64,000 nt of DNA from Saccharolobus solfataricus P2 (GCF_000007005.1 NC_002754.1); one strand, 5' to 3'; shown: positions 35,982 through 47,950, counted from the first letter of the stretch. The notes: generated from the letters alone by a model not told the origin. Made by a program: numbers and translations.

Positions 35982-37223
35982 TTAAGCTCTCGATTTTAAC
36001 CTCACCATTATTTGTTGCATAATATAATCGTCTAATCTTTTATCTAATGGAAGAGAAAGAGAAACGAGAGTCGTTCTTCCTCTCATTCCTTTTCCACTCT
36101 GTCTTGTATTAATTATCCCTATTACCTTAAGTTTTCTCAGATACTCATAAACTTGCGTATGTCTTCTAGGTTCCTCATTAAACTCTCTTGATAATGATAT
36201 GTATTCCTCTTCTAAGGTTCCCATTGTGATCTCATCAGCTTTAGTCTTATTTAAAGCTCTTATCAACGCTTTTAAGAGTATAAGTTGATGCAAATCGAGA
36301 TACGATAAACTATCTATAATCTCTTGAATCTCCGGATTTATTGTAGAATTAGCCTTCTTAGCATGATCTAACAATACCACTGGCGATCCCTCCTTCTCTG
36401 CTATCTCTCCAGCTAAACTTAGAGTCTCTATTGCAATTCTAGCATTACCATTACCTCCTTTATCATAACCATAAGTATTGGATATAAATTGTAATACCTC
36501 ATCGTCTACAGCATTGTCATTAAAAGCCTCATCCACTCTATACTTCAAAATATCGTAAAGTTCCATAGACTTATAAGGAGGAAATTCAATTAACCTTCTA
36601 GCTATATGATCCCTTATACTTCTATCTAATTTATAAATTGAATGACTCTCATTAACTATAAATATATAACTAATTCTCTTTATTATTGCAGATATTTCAT
36701 CATACAATCTTACTAAGAAGTATATTTCCTCAGTATTTGCTGTATTTAGAAAATGCCCAAATTCATCTAGTGCAACTATTAGATGTATATTTCTTCTATC
36801 TAGATATTCATGGATCATCTTAAATACTTCTTGTGCCGATAGTCCCCTCGAAGGTATAGGTAGTTTTAACGCGTTAGCTATTTCTTGGCTTATTAAATAC
36901 AGCGTTCTATGTCTATAACAATTTATATGAACATACTTTACTTTAACCCCATATTCTCTCTCCGCAATATCTTCAAAATTTTTACCAAACAATCTAACAG
37001 TAGCTGTTTTCCCAGTACCTGTCCTACCTAGTATTACAACTCTTTCAGAATCTTTAGCGTCTCCAGCTAATAGATCTTTGAATATAAATCCTAACTCCTT
37101 AATCTTCTCTTCTCTATGTGGTAAATTTTCCGGTACATAATCTGGTGAAAGCTTGTCCTTATGTTTAATTATCAATACAGATGATCTTAAACTATCTGAA
37201 AGTATGTCCTTAGCTGAAACCAA
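35982..37223 (-). CDS. cdc6-2: Orc1/Cdc6 protein (Cdc6-2 type)
   Basis: GRTGTGKT, LDEF, GNAR, C-terminal wHTH RGRTT; linked to gins-mcm. Confidence 0.92.
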   Translation of the reverse strand: MVSAKDILSDSLRSSVLIIKHKDKLSPDYVPENLPHREEKIKELGFIFKDLLAGDAKDSERVVILGRTGTGKTATVRLFGKNFEDIAEREYGVKVKYVHINCYRHRTLYLISQEIANALKLPIPSRGLSAQEVFKMIHEYLDRRNIHLIVALDEFGHFLNTANTEEIYFLVRLYDEISAIIKRISYIFIVNESHSIYKLDRSIRDHIARRLIEFPPYKSMELYDILKYRVDEAFNDNAVDDEVLQFISNTYGYDKGGNGNARIAIETLSLAGEIAEKEGSPVVLLDHAKKANSTINPEIQEIIDSLSYLDLHQLILLKALIRALNKTKADEITMGTLEEEYISLSREFNEEPRRHTQVYEYLRKLKVIGIINTRQSGKGMRGRTTLVSLSLPLDKRLDDYIMQQIMVRLKSRA

Positions 37224-37258
37224 AACTTTTACCCCAATCTAAATTAAGTGGTATTACC

Positions 37259-37777
37259 TTATATTTTATCTAAGAGAGTAGCCCGAAACTTTTCTTGATT
37301 CTTTCTCAAAAGCGATATCCCAGCAAATTCCTTTAGTACATTAACGTGAAGTACAACCTCAGGATCTTTAAAATCAACATTAATTAAACCCTTCAGCCCT
37401 ATTCCTACTCCCATTTCAATTTCTCTACAATTTACGTCAATTCCCCTATTATAACAGCGAACGTAAAATGTTTTGAGATCTTTTGTCTTATTTTTTATAA
37501 AATTTATTACATTAACAACAATTTCCTTTTCATTGGTGGAATTTATAATCAACTGAAATGGATATACTTTTTCAGCACAAGACGGAGGAGAAGCAAAAAG
37601 TAAACCATAAACCACTAATGAATCTAAATTTGAGTAAACAATAGCTACGTTTTGCACATATTCTATAACTCTAGCATCAATATCCTTTATAAGTATCCTA
37701 TTCAAAATCTCATTTATACACTTTCGACCTTTACCAGGCTTTGTAGTTACAAGAGCCTTTGGGTTCTGCCACATCAA
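37259..37777 (-). CDS. THUMP-domain protein
   Basis: FYVRCYNRG and VDFKDPE motifs. Confidence 0.8.
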   Translation of the reverse strand: MMWQNPKALVTTKPGKGRKCINEILNRILIKDIDARVIEYVQNVAIVYSNLDSLVVYGLLFASPPSCAEKVYPFQLIINSTNEKEIVVNVINFIKNKTKDLKTFYVRCYNRGIDVNCREIEMGVGIGLKGLINVDFKDPEVVLHVNVLKEFAGISLLRKNQEKFRATLLDKI

Positions 37778-38349
37778 ATATAAGGTTTTGTATTAAGAAA
37801 AAATATATTATGATCGAAGTAAAACTCAGAGCTATTAAAAGATTGTCAAATGTTTACACTCGCCGAGTTATGATAATAGAGGATTGGAATGGAAGCTCAA
37901 TAACAACGGGTAACATTGAGTTAGTAAAAGGAAGCGAAAATCAGTTACCACAATGGTTAGCTATTATCTTAGAAGGAAAAAAGGTAGCTAAAATAGAAGA
38001 TAAAATCTCAATTGAAGATTTAGGAAGAATTCTTTTCCAAGAAAGGCAAAATATGAACACGCCAGCTTCTTTAGTTCCATTAGGTAAGGATTTCACAAGC
38101 AGAGTACAACTTTATCTAGAAACCTTAAGGAAAGACAACAATGTTGAGAGTTTAGAAAAACTTAGAAAATCAATAGGCATACTGAATGAAATCATTAAAA
38201 TAAGACTAAGAAAACTAATCCAACTCGCATTTCTTAACATCGATGATCAGAACTTAATTAATGGAATGACAGAAGAAGAGCTTTTAATCTATAAGACAAT
38301 AAAACAACTTATTAAGGAATTATATGGTGATATAATTGGAAATTCCTAG
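37759..38349 (+). CDS. gins23: GINS23 subunit
   Basis: LPQWLA and IRLRKLIQLA; overlaps the start of mcm. Confidence 0.88.
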   Translation: MGSATSNIRFCIKKKYIMIEVKLRAIKRLSNVYTRRVMIIEDWNGSSITTGNIELVKGSENQLPQWLAIILEGKKVAKIEDKISIEDLGRILFQERQNMNTPASLVPLGKDFTSRVQLYLETLRKDNNVESLEKLRKSIGILNEIIKIRLRKLIQLAFLNIDDQNLINGMTEEELLIYKTIKQLIKELYGDIIGNS

Positions 38350-40396
38350 TAAACAGATTGACTATAGAGACGTATTTATAGAGTTTCTGACAACTTTCAA
38401 GGGTAACAATAATCAAAACAAATATATCGAGAGGATAAACGAGCTAGTAGCGTATAGGAAAAAAAGTCTTATAATAGAATTTTCTGATGTACTTTCGTTC
38501 AATGAAAATTTGGCTTATGAGATAATAAATAATACCAAAATTATTCTACCAATTCTGGAAGGTGCATTGTATGATCATATCTTGCAATTGGATCCTACAT
38601 ATCAACGAGATATAGAAAAAGTTCATGTTAGAATTGTAGGAATACCTAGAGTAATAGAACTTAGAAAAATAAGAAGTACCGATATAGGTAAACTAATAAC
38701 TATTGATGGAATCTTAGTTAAAGTTACTCCGGTAAAAGAGAGAATTTACAAGGCAACTTATAAGCACATTCACCCAGACTGTATGCAGGAGTTTGAGTGG
38801 CCAGAAGATGAAGAGATGCCAGAAGTATTAGAAATGCCAACTATATGTCCAAAATGTGGTAAGCCTGGACAGTTCAGACTAATCCCAGAGAAAACAAAGT
38901 TAATTGACTGGCAAAAAGCGGTAATCCAGGAGAGACCAGAAGAGGTACCCTCAGGTCAGTTACCTAGGCAGTTGGAAATAATACTTGAAGATGATTTAGT
39001 TGATTCTGCGAGACCTGGAGATAGGGTAAAAGTAACGGGAATTTTAGATATAAAACAAGACTCCCCGGTCAAAAGGGGAAGTAGAGCAGTATTTGACATT
39101 TATATGAAAGTAAGTAGTATAGAAGTTTCACAAAAAGTATTAGATGAGGTAATCATCTCTGAAGAAGACGAGAAAAAGATTAAAGACTTAGCTAAAGATC
39201 CTTGGATACGTGATAGAATCATATCATCGATAGCACCATCTATTTACGGTCACTGGGAACTAAAAGAAGCTCTAGCATTAGCATTATTTGGAGGAGTTCC
39301 TAAGGTTCTAGAAGATACGAGAATAAGAGGAGATATTCACATACTGATAATAGGTGATCCCGGTACTGCCAAATCACAAATGCTACAGTTTATCTCAAGA
39401 GTAGCCCCAAGGGCAGTTTACACGACCGGTAAAGGATCCACAGCTGCAGGTTTAACAGCTGCTGTAGTAAGAGAAAAGGGAACTGGAGAGTATTACTTAG
39501 AAGCTGGTGCGTTAGTACTTGCTGATGGTGGAATAGCAGTTATTGATGAAATAGACAAGATGAGGGATGAAGATAGAGTAGCCATTCATGAGGCAATGGA
39601 ACAACAGACAGTCTCAATAGCAAAAGCTGGAATAGTAGCTAAATTAAACGCTAGGGCTGCAGTTATAGCTGCAGGGAATCCGAAATTCGGGAGATACATA
39701 AGTGAAAGACCAGTGTCTGATAATATCAACCTACCTCCAACAATCTTGTCAAGATTTGACCTAATATTTATACTAAAGGATCAACCAGGTGAACAAGATA
39801 GAGAACTTGCGAATTACATATTAGATGTACATTCAGGAAAATCCACAAAAAATATTATAGATATAGATACATTAAGAAAATATATAGCATATGCAAGGAA
39901 ATACGTTACACCAAAAATTACTAGTGAGGCTAAGAATCTGATTACAGATTTCTTCGTAGAAATGAGGAAGAAAAGCTCAGAAACACCTGATAGCCCAATA
40001 TTGATAACTCCAAGACAATTAGAGGCTTTAATAAGAATTTCAGAAGCCTATGCCAAGATGGCTCTTAAGGCTGAAGTCACTAGAGAAGATGCAGAAAGAG
40101 CAATAAATATCATGAGACTTTTCCTAGAGAGTGTAGGAGTTGATATGGAAAGTGGAAAAATAGATATAGATACAATAATGACTGGTAAACCTAAAAGCGC
40201 TAGAGAGAAAATGATGAAAATAATAGAAATAATAGATAGTTTAGCTGTAAGTTCTGAGTGCGCAAAAGTTAAGGACATACTAAAAGAAGCTCAACAAGTA
40301 GGCATTGAAAAAAGTAATATAGAAAAATTACTTACAGATATGAGAAAGAGTGGTATAATATATGAAGCAAAACCAGAATGTTACAAAAAAGTCTAG
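38336..40396 (+). CDS. mcm: MCM replicative helicase
   Basis: Zn motif HPDC...CPKC, GDPGTAKS, IDEIDKM, SRFD. Confidence 0.98.
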   Translation: MEIPSKQIDYRDVFIEFLTTFKGNNNQNKYIERINELVAYRKKSLIIEFSDVLSFNENLAYEIINNTKIILPILEGALYDHILQLDPTYQRDIEKVHVRIVGIPRVIELRKIRSTDIGKLITIDGILVKVTPVKERIYKATYKHIHPDCMQEFEWPEDEEMPEVLEMPTICPKCGKPGQFRLIPEKTKLIDWQKAVIQERPEEVPSGQLPRQLEIILEDDLVDSARPGDRVKVTGILDIKQDSPVKRGSRAVFDIYMKVSSIEVSQKVLDEVIISEEDEKKIKDLAKDPWIRDRIISSIAPSIYGHWELKEALALALFGGVPKVLEDTRIRGDIHILIIGDPGTAKSQMLQFISRVAPRAVYTTGKGSTAAGLTAAVVREKGTGEYYLEAGALVLADGGIAVIDEIDKMRDEDRVAIHEAMEQQTVSIAKAGIVAKLNARAAVIAAGNPKFGRYISERPVSDNINLPPTILSRFDLIFILKDQPGEQDRELANYILDVHSGKSTKNIIDIDTLRKYIAYARKYVTPKITSEAKNLITDFFVEMRKKSSETPDSPILITPRQLEALIRISEAYAKMALKAEVTREDAERAINIMRLFLESVGVDMESGKIDIDTIMTGKPKSAREKMMKIIEIIDSLAVSSECAKVKDILKEAQQVGIEKSNIEKLLTDMRKSGIIYEAKPECYKKV

Positions 40397-40611
40397 GCTA
40401 ATTTCTTATATATTGGCAGAGGAGACCACATTACCCATGCTGGTACTTGCTTTATTAATTCGTAAGCTTCCTCCCAACCAGAGAGCCCTAACCTTTTTGA
40501 TAGTTCTTCTAATGTCATCTGTGTTCTTACGTATTCGTTAAGAACCGCTATCGTATCATCGTTTATCTCCACTTCTCTACCACTTGAGAGCTTTATCTTT
40601 AACATTTCCAT
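40393..40611 (-). CDS. Conserved hypothetical protein
   Basis: 72-aa ORF with HTH-like MTLEELSKRLGL. Confidence 0.7.
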   Translation of the reverse strand: MEMLKIKLSSGREVEINDDTIAVLNEYVRTQMTLEELSKRLGLSGWEEAYELIKQVPAWVMWSPLPIYKKLA

Positions 40612-40622
40612 GGATAATCATC

Positions 40623-40952
40623 TCATATCCCAAATATAGATTTTACTGCATTAATTCCGTATATAGACCATATGGCTAAAACTAAAATTATAAGCGAAAT
40701 TAGAATTGACATTGCACCTAAACTATGCTCATTTCTCTCCATGAAGTAAACTCCCAGGAGCAAAAATATTATTATAATAACTCCTAGCGCAAGGTAACCA
40801 GCACTATTTAATGCTTGTCCGTTATTTAACGGTGAAATATAATAGGGAAAAGCAATGACTCCCAATATACCAATAATTAAAATAAATATTAGAATCAAAA
40901 TTACATAGCTATTTATAACCTCGTTGTAAAGTCTGTTATACTTTTTTGGCAT
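40623..40952 (-). CDS. Hypothetical membrane protein
   Basis: Three hydrophobic helices. Confidence 0.75.
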   Translation of the reverse strand: MPKKYNRLYNEVINSYVILILIFILIIGILGVIAFPYYISPLNNGQALNSAGYLALGVIIIIFLLLGVYFMERNEHSLGAMSILISLIILVLAIWSIYGINAVKSIFGI

Positions 40953-40961
40953 GATATTACT

Positions 40962-41462
40962 TCACCATGGGACATTTTTAATTTTTAGCAAATAAGCAAC
41001 GTAGTTTGTCCCTTGATGCAAAAAGAAAGCTAATCCACATATGAACAAAAACTGATACCACGTAATATTTACACGCATCAACACAAGTATTAGAGAAGCT
41101 CCTAAGACAAAATCTAATTGATCTAAACCTAAAACTCTTCCACCCCTAGGTATACCAAGTCTCCTCTTTATAAAGGCACCAATCATATCCCCTATCATTG
41201 CGAATAAGGACTCTAAAAACGATATAAGAGTCCACTCAGCTGTAAAAAATTTAGATATAATAACACCTACTGTAGTACCGAAAGTTAATGCAACAATTAG
41301 GCCCTCAAAGGTCTTCCCATCTCCAAATAGTCTCCTCCCATCTACGAAATTCTTACCAAAATCTATTGGAGTCCCCCTTTTAATGAATGGACCACTTCCA
41401 TTAGCGACAAATGCAGGTAGATATATGAGAATTGATAATAAAAGATCGTATGCTATAGACAA
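40962..41462 (-). CDS. carS: CDP-archaeol synthase
   Basis: [30 protein letters not shown]. Confidence 0.93.
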
Positions 41463-41980
41463 CCAATTACACCCCTTTCAGTTATCTTAAATTTACATCT
41501 CCTAAGGTTACCTATAATATAAGATTTAGTAATCCTCAAAACATCATCGGAGAACTTTCGCATAAATTTTTCCCCAGCCACCTTATTATTGGCTGATACT
41601 TCCCAAACTAATAGAATTTTTACGTTAGACTGGGCGATCGACCTCAAAATAATTAATAGCTTTAAGAAACTATGTACATTCCGTTCATATCTATAAAACG
41701 TATTAATTGTGTCAACTACTATAAGACTGGGCTTATATTCCAAAGAATTGATTATTCCATTAAATAGTTCAATATTGCTTTTAACAGAAGCGAAATAAAC
41801 TCCTTGACCAACCTTAATCTTTTCTAACCTAGCCTCGAAAAGAGAACCTTCAGTCGAGATGAAAACGGAAGTCCTTATTTCCAAGGCCAATTCTAACGAA
41901 AGACTAGTCTTTCCTACCCCAGACTCGCCGTATATTGACACCAAATTTCCCCTTTCAAATACAAATGTTGACAAATTCAA
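41453..41980 (-). CDS. RadA paralogue (aRadC-type RecA-fold ATPase)
   Basis: [19 protein letters not shown]; lacks the RadA N-terminal domain. Confidence 0.82.
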
Positions 41981-42012
41981 AGCTTATAACTCACTAAATA
42001 AACATCTTACAT

Positions 42013-42546
42013 GTGAAAATAAAAAATGTAGCAATTATCACTGATTCTCCTAAAGTATATAAGAACATATTAGATGAACTAAAGAGAAGAAATATACAGA
42101 TTTCTGAGAATGGAGAAGTGAAAATAGTAATAGATTCAGTAAAGGAAAGAAGTGATATTCTTAGATATGTGGGCCGTATAATAGCTATCTCAAGGGGAAA
42201 ACAAGAATTCAACGAACTACTAATAGGCATAGATACCAATTCACCCTATCTAACTGTTGTTGCACTCATAGATGGAGAATTGATAGAATATAGAAGATCT
42301 TATGGACTTCAACCTTTAATTAACGCAATTAGTGAAATCCTAATTACATACCCAGCAAAAAGAAAAATAATAGGAGTAGGTATTGGAAATAAATATGGAA
42401 AAGAAATATATAGTGTTCTCTCAATGATCTATGAAAATGTAAAGAGTATAGACGAGAAGTACACAAATGCGAAATCACCCTTTAATCAGATAAAGGATAA
42501 AGACATAAGAGCAGCGTATAGTATAGCCTTAAGGGCATCTTCATGA
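42013..42546 (+). CDS. Hypothetical protein with RNase H-like (YqgF-like) C-terminal domain
   Basis: IGIDT...GVGIGN...DE..T pattern. Confidence 0.55.
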   Translation: MKIKNVAIITDSPKVYKNILDELKRRNIQISENGEVKIVIDSVKERSDILRYVGRIIAISRGKQEFNELLIGIDTNSPYLTVVALIDGELIEYRRSYGLQPLINAISEILITYPAKRKIIGVGIGNKYGKEIYSVLSMIYENVKSIDEKYTNAKSPFNQIKDKDIRAAYSIALRASS

Positions 42547-43625
42547 AAAAAGAACAGATAATACAAGGGCCTTGTACAATAAAAGTTTTAGAGGGAGAGG
42601 CTAGAATACTCGGAATAGAGATACAGAAAAACGATTTGTTAACAATACCATCAGATAAGACGTATACTCTTGTTTATGATGAAAATACAAGGTTAGAGAC
42701 GGATTGTAAAAAGCTGTTAGACAATTTAAATTTAAGATGGGATGAAATAGTTGAAGAGATTATAAACACAGTAGGAGTAGTATTGCTTCTAGGAAATGTA
42801 GATTCCGGAAAGACTTACTTGACCAATCTATTCACCAATCTTGCCACTTCTTACTTGAAGATTATAGATGCAGATGTTGGGCAATCCACTTTATTTCTAC
42901 CAACCTTCATAGCAGAATTAAAACCGATGAGAAAAACCCTTAATCTAGAGGAGCTTGGATATGATACTCTAGAATTCTTTGGAGATATAACACCTTCAAC
43001 GAATCCTAGACTACATGTTCAAAAAATATTGAGACTCTATGAAACAACACCAAAGGAAAGACTAACAGTAATAGATACTGATGGGTGGACTGTTGGACTA
43101 AATTCAATGTTACACAAATTCGAATTAATATACACAATTGATCCTGATTATATAATAGTATTTGATCAGAAAATAAAAGATTCATTACCTGAAAATTATA
43201 GAAACAAAGCAATTCTTTTAAAAAGTGTAAATCTGCATAAGTCTAGATCTGAAAGAAAAGCAAATAGAATAGCAAAATATGAGAGATATTTTAAGGAAGC
43301 AAAAAACATAAAAACCCTATCTGAAAATTTATTAGGAAAACAAATATCAAACATTCTATACTGTGCATGGGGAGAGTATATACAATTATCAGACGAAGAA
43401 CCATGTACAGACTATTATATACCACTTAATTTACTAAAAGGAGCATTACTAGGCATAATAGAAAATAAGAAAGTCATAGGAGCCGCCCTATTAGATGACC
43501 TAAAAGAAAACGAAATAACAATACTAAGTAGAGTAAACAAGTTTACAGGGTTAGTTTTAGGGTATATTAGCTTAAATGATAAATTTGAGGAAAGAAGAAT
43601 TAGATTTAGAAAATGCAAAAGCTAA
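42543..43625 (+). CDS. Clp1/Nol9(Grc3)-like polynucleotide kinase
   Basis: GNVDSGKT, DADVGQ, DTDGW, lid motif RSERKANR. Confidence 0.85.
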   Translation: MKKEQIIQGPCTIKVLEGEARILGIEIQKNDLLTIPSDKTYTLVYDENTRLETDCKKLLDNLNLRWDEIVEEIINTVGVVLLLGNVDSGKTYLTNLFTNLATSYLKIIDADVGQSTLFLPTFIAELKPMRKTLNLEELGYDTLEFFGDITPSTNPRLHVQKILRLYETTPKERLTVIDTDGWTVGLNSMLHKFELIYTIDPDYIIVFDQKIKDSLPENYRNKAILLKSVNLHKSRSERKANRIAKYERYFKEAKNIKTLSENLLGKQISNILYCAWGEYIQLSDEEPCTDYYIPLNLLKGALLGIIENKKVIGAALLDDLKENEITILSRVNKFTGLVLGYISLNDKFEERRIRFRKCKS

Positions 43626-44182
43626 TTGCAATTGAAGGAATAGATGGGTCAGGCAAAACAACACTTGCGAATCTATTAAAGGAGCATCTAGAATCTAAAA
43701 TGAAACTGAACGTGATTGTTACGAGAGAGCCATTTTCTGAAGATATAATAAAGTTAATAGAAAAAATTGGCTGGAATGATCCAATCCTATTAGTATTGCT
43801 CTTTGCAGCAGACCGAGAAATACACGTTAATTGGCTATCTAAAATAAAGGATGCTGATCTAATAATACTTGATAGATATTATTTCTCCAGCATAGCCTAT
43901 CAAGGGGCTCTAGGAGTAGATGAGCAATGGATAAAAATGGTGAATTCCTATTTCCCTAAACCAGATATGGTAATATTATTAGACTTACCAATTGAGGTTG
44001 CTATCAGTAGAATAAAAAATGATAAATTCAACTTCGAAGAAAAGATTAAAAGCCTTGCAAAAGTTAGGGAAAAATACCTAAAACTTGCAAAAGAATATAA
44101 TTTCTACGTAGTAGATGCAAGCAAGGATAAGAATGAAGTATTAGAACAAGCAATAAAAATTATTCAGAAGAATTTATTTTAA
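43613..44182 (+). CDS. tmk: Thymidylate kinase
   Basis: [25 protein letters not shown]. Confidence 0.95.
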
Positions 44183-44516
44183 TCTTCCTTAATCGTTCTA
44201 ATGCATCTAAATACCTTATGATCTGAATTATCCTTTCAGAATCTAATGGATCCTCCTTCATCTTTTTTGCGCTTAAATATAGACCATCAATCAATATACT
44301 TTCTATTTCATCTAACTGCAAATTTCTCTTTACGATCTTCTCCTCATCATCACTCTTCACTATATAAACTTTCCCGTGAACTGGACATACAACATCACCA
44401 TTTTTCAATTTAAATAGCGGCATTTTGCATATAGGACAAGCCTCTTCTAACATTGTAGCGCCTTGACGTAAAAGTTCAGCAGCCTTCTTAACACCTACCT
44501 CACTTTCGTTAGTCAT
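44160..44516 (-). CDS. Zn-ribbon protein, Sjogren/scleroderma autoantigen p27 family
   Basis: [16 protein letters not shown]...CPVH. Confidence 0.85.
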
Positions 44517-44566
44517 AAATAATTCTTAAACTCCCTAATATTAAAAAGTAATAGAGGTGTTTTGAC

Positions 44567-44836
44567 ATGTCAATGCCTTATGACAATGAAGCTAAGATAA
44601 AACAAGCAGTAATTTTATTACAGAAGATAGTTAATGATACGAGCGTTCCCAGAAACATTAGAAGAGCAGCAACTGATGCAATAAGAAATCTTCAAGACCT
44701 TGGTTTAAGTCCTGCAGTAAGGGCTGCAAACGCGATTGGAATTTTGGAAGATATAAGTCAAGATCCTAATATGCCTACTCATGCTAGAATTTCCATCTGG
44801 AACGTTGTTTCCATTTTAGAGACAGTAAAGGACTAG
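44567..44836 (+). CDS. UPF0147 family protein
   Basis: [10 protein letters not shown] and DPNMP motifs. Confidence 0.9.
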
Positions 44837-44869
44837 CTTTTTTAAATCTCAATTTTTATTTTATAATGC

Positions 44870-44954
44870 GCGGGGGTGCCCGAGCTAGGTCAAAGGGGGC
44901 AGGCTTAGGCCCTGCTGGCGAAGGCCTGCACGGGTTCAAATCCCGTCCCCCGCA
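44870..44954 (+). tRNA. tRNA-Leu(UAG)
   Basis: Cloverleaf, GCAGG-CTTAGGC-CCTGC, long variable arm. Confidence 0.96.
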
Positions 44955-45148
44955 CTGTTTTTAAACTCAATTAAATTTCATCTATAAGATTAAATGTTTT
45001 AGAATATATTGAATGAATACTAATTCTCAGAAATAATATCTAAATATCACTATATTTCAAGAATTAGTAAATAATTATCTCTAGTTGGTTAATTGCTGAA
45101 ATATTTTACTTTTTTAGACTATAGCTGGAGTTTGCAAAAGCTTATAGC

Positions 45149-45176
45149 CCGTAATTAACTCCCCAGTTAAACCAAT
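45149..45176 (-). repeat. Second recombination motif / dif-like site
   Basis: TTAACTCCCCAGTTAA at 45155-45170 (reverse complement TTAACTGGGGAGTTAA); homologous to the 27672 site. Confidence 0.6.
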
Positions 45177-45263
45177 GTTGTAAGTCTTATCACTATAAAT
45201 AAAACTAAAATTCTTCATTAGCTTTGAAGCAACGGACGTGAACCATTTCACACTTTAAGTGTA

Positions 45264-46081
<818 letters not shown>

Positions 46082-46126
46082 AATGAGAAGAAAAAATTAA
46101 TAACGGTTAAAGATAAGAGTAAATTA

Positions 46127-46198
46127 GGGGAAAGGGGTCAGCTCCCAAGCCGTTCATCCTGGCTCAGTTCTGGCGTGGCTCATCATTCCCCTTTCCCC
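46127..46198 (-). ncRNA. 72-nt box C/D-like guide RNA with 11-bp terminal stem (copy B)
   Basis: GGGGAAAGGGG-A-ATGATGA-GCCACGCCAGAA-CTGA-GCC-AGGATGA-ACGGCTTGGGAG-CTGA-CCCCTTTCCCC; TTTTTAAA box 23 nt upstream. Confidence 0.88.
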
Positions 46199-46287
46199 GT
46201 TTTCTAGTTTTGCAAAATAGGTTTAAAAACTTTTCTGTTTTTATTTTTGTCCTTTTAATATCTCATTAGGAATAATATTTTAAAAGG

Positions 46288-46677
46288 TTATTTAACTTCC
46301 TTCTTCTCTACAACTATTATTAAGAAACTCATAGGGGGTAATTTAGAAGAGACGTAACAAGACACTTCTAAAGGTTCCTTAGCTCTAATTACGCTCTCTT
46401 TTATGAATTTTAAATGAAGATCAGACGACACTAATACTAAATACTTAGTACTATCAGGAATAAAAAATCTAAAGAACTTTTCATAACTAGAAATTATTCT
46501 AGCGTTAATGAAATAAATAAAATTAATTTGCTCCCGATTTATAACCCTTAATAAATCCTCATCAACATAAGTTTCTAGTTCTTTAGGGCTTAACGATTTC
46601 ATATAGTATATATCATGTGTGAAGACATTTATTAAGTTTATTATAAATTCTTTAATGGTGTAGTTCCATTGCTGCAA
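46288..46677 (-). CDS. Hypothetical protein
   Basis: 129-aa ORF; true start may be MKSLSPK. Confidence 0.55.
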   Translation of the reverse strand: MQQWNYTIKEFIINLINVFTHDIYYMKSLSPKELETYVDEDLLRVINREQINFIYFINARIISSYEKFFRFFIPDSTKYLVLVSSDLHLKFIKESVIRAKEPLEVSCYVSSKLPPMSFLIIVVEKKEVK

Positions 46678-47137
46678 ATATCATTATAATTCCTAGTACT
46701 ATTGCCAATCCGTTAATTAATGAGCTATCATACGAGAAGTGGGCTAATGCTACCCTCTTCCACTTTCCGTTTCTCTTAACGTAAATCCCATTCTCAGTGA
46801 AGACGTCTAATAGCATATGTGATGGTCCAACTAAAATCCCATCAATTAACGCTGTCAAAATTTTTGTGTTTAACATACCGTATGCTAAACCTAACACTAT
46901 TATTACTGGCATTGAGGAAATTAAACCCCAAAAAACACTTCTTGGCAGGGTATGAGTTAGAGGAGTCCTAACCGGAATTTTCCCATACCTTGTACTTATC
47001 TCTTTATGCCCCAACCTATCGATAAGGGTATTTCCTAAGACACTTATAATAGCAGATATTATCAAAGAAAAACCGAAAAAAGAACTAGCCAAAGTCAACA
47101 ACCCAATAGAAAACACAAAATGAGTTTTTAACTTCAT
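46652..47137 (-). CDS. DUF1286-like membrane protein (putative metal-dependent hydrolase)
   Basis: MKLKTH, IDRLGH, RTPLTH, SHMLLDVFTENG; start taken at MKLKTHF. Confidence 0.75.
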   Translation of the reverse strand: MKLKTHFVFSIGLLTLASSFFGFSLIISAIISVLGNTLIDRLGHKEISTRYGKIPVRTPLTHTLPRSVFWGLISSMPVIIVLGLAYGMLNTKILTALIDGILVGPSHMLLDVFTENGIYVKRNGKWKRVALAHFSYDSSLINGLAIVLGIIMIFAAMELHH

Positions 47138-47268
47138 ACAAGTCTTTTTATTAAATAATATTAGCTTATAAATAGAGAGGTATTCGGTGCTGTTCAACCC
47201 TATGCTCATTACTAGTAATCCCGTGATGATGCTGCTGGCCCTGCTAACTGACTTCCTCATGCCCTTTA

Positions 47269-47548
47269 CAGTAGACCCAAAATCACCTCCTTAAGCGTTT
47301 CTACTAGATGGAAAAATTCTCTGGATCAATATCCTATTTGAAGATTATTTTGGTGAGGGATACTGAGTGTTATCATTTTGCTCTCTCACGCGTAATGCAC
47401 CTTCTCCCTCACCTTAAACTTTTTCTCCAAATCTTTCATATTGTTACAAATTTCATTACCCTTCATTAATGCTATATTATTATATCAGGGTTATTTTTTA
47501 CAATATGATTTTGTGTCTATCGTGAATGGTGAGGCTTTCATTTTTCTG
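47269..47548. mobile_element. MITE-like element copy 1 (left TIR internally deleted)
   Basis: TA|CAG...CTG|TA ends; homologous throughout to 54561-54869. Confidence 0.75.
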
Positions 47549-47950
47549 TAAGGTAAGCAAGCATTGCTCCACTTATAGTAATACTATTAGTAAAATAATA
47601 TTTTTATCGTTAAGTTTCATATGTGACTGTATTACCTAAGGGATATATAAACCAACGTATACTAATTCAATTTTACCTTTCTAATAAATAATATATGTTA
47701 TATCTTTCTTAGAAAATCAAATGCCAAATTATTTATCATTCTCTTATTTCCAGCATTTAATTGCATATTCCTTCATTTATATTGCATATTTATTATAAAA
47801 TATATAACATAATACGTCATGAACGGTTATAAATATGATTTTGAGAATTAATTATTACAAAATTTGATATAATATTACTAACATATTTTTATTAACAGTT
47901 AATTTATGATCTGTACTTTCAAATCCAATTATAAAATTTAAAGATTTATA

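Noticed and set aside
35982-37300. Replication origin next to cdc6-2
   Set aside because: No ORB repeats or AT-rich unwinding region, and only a 35-bp intergenic gap. Cdc6-2 is not origin-adjacent in Sulfolobus.
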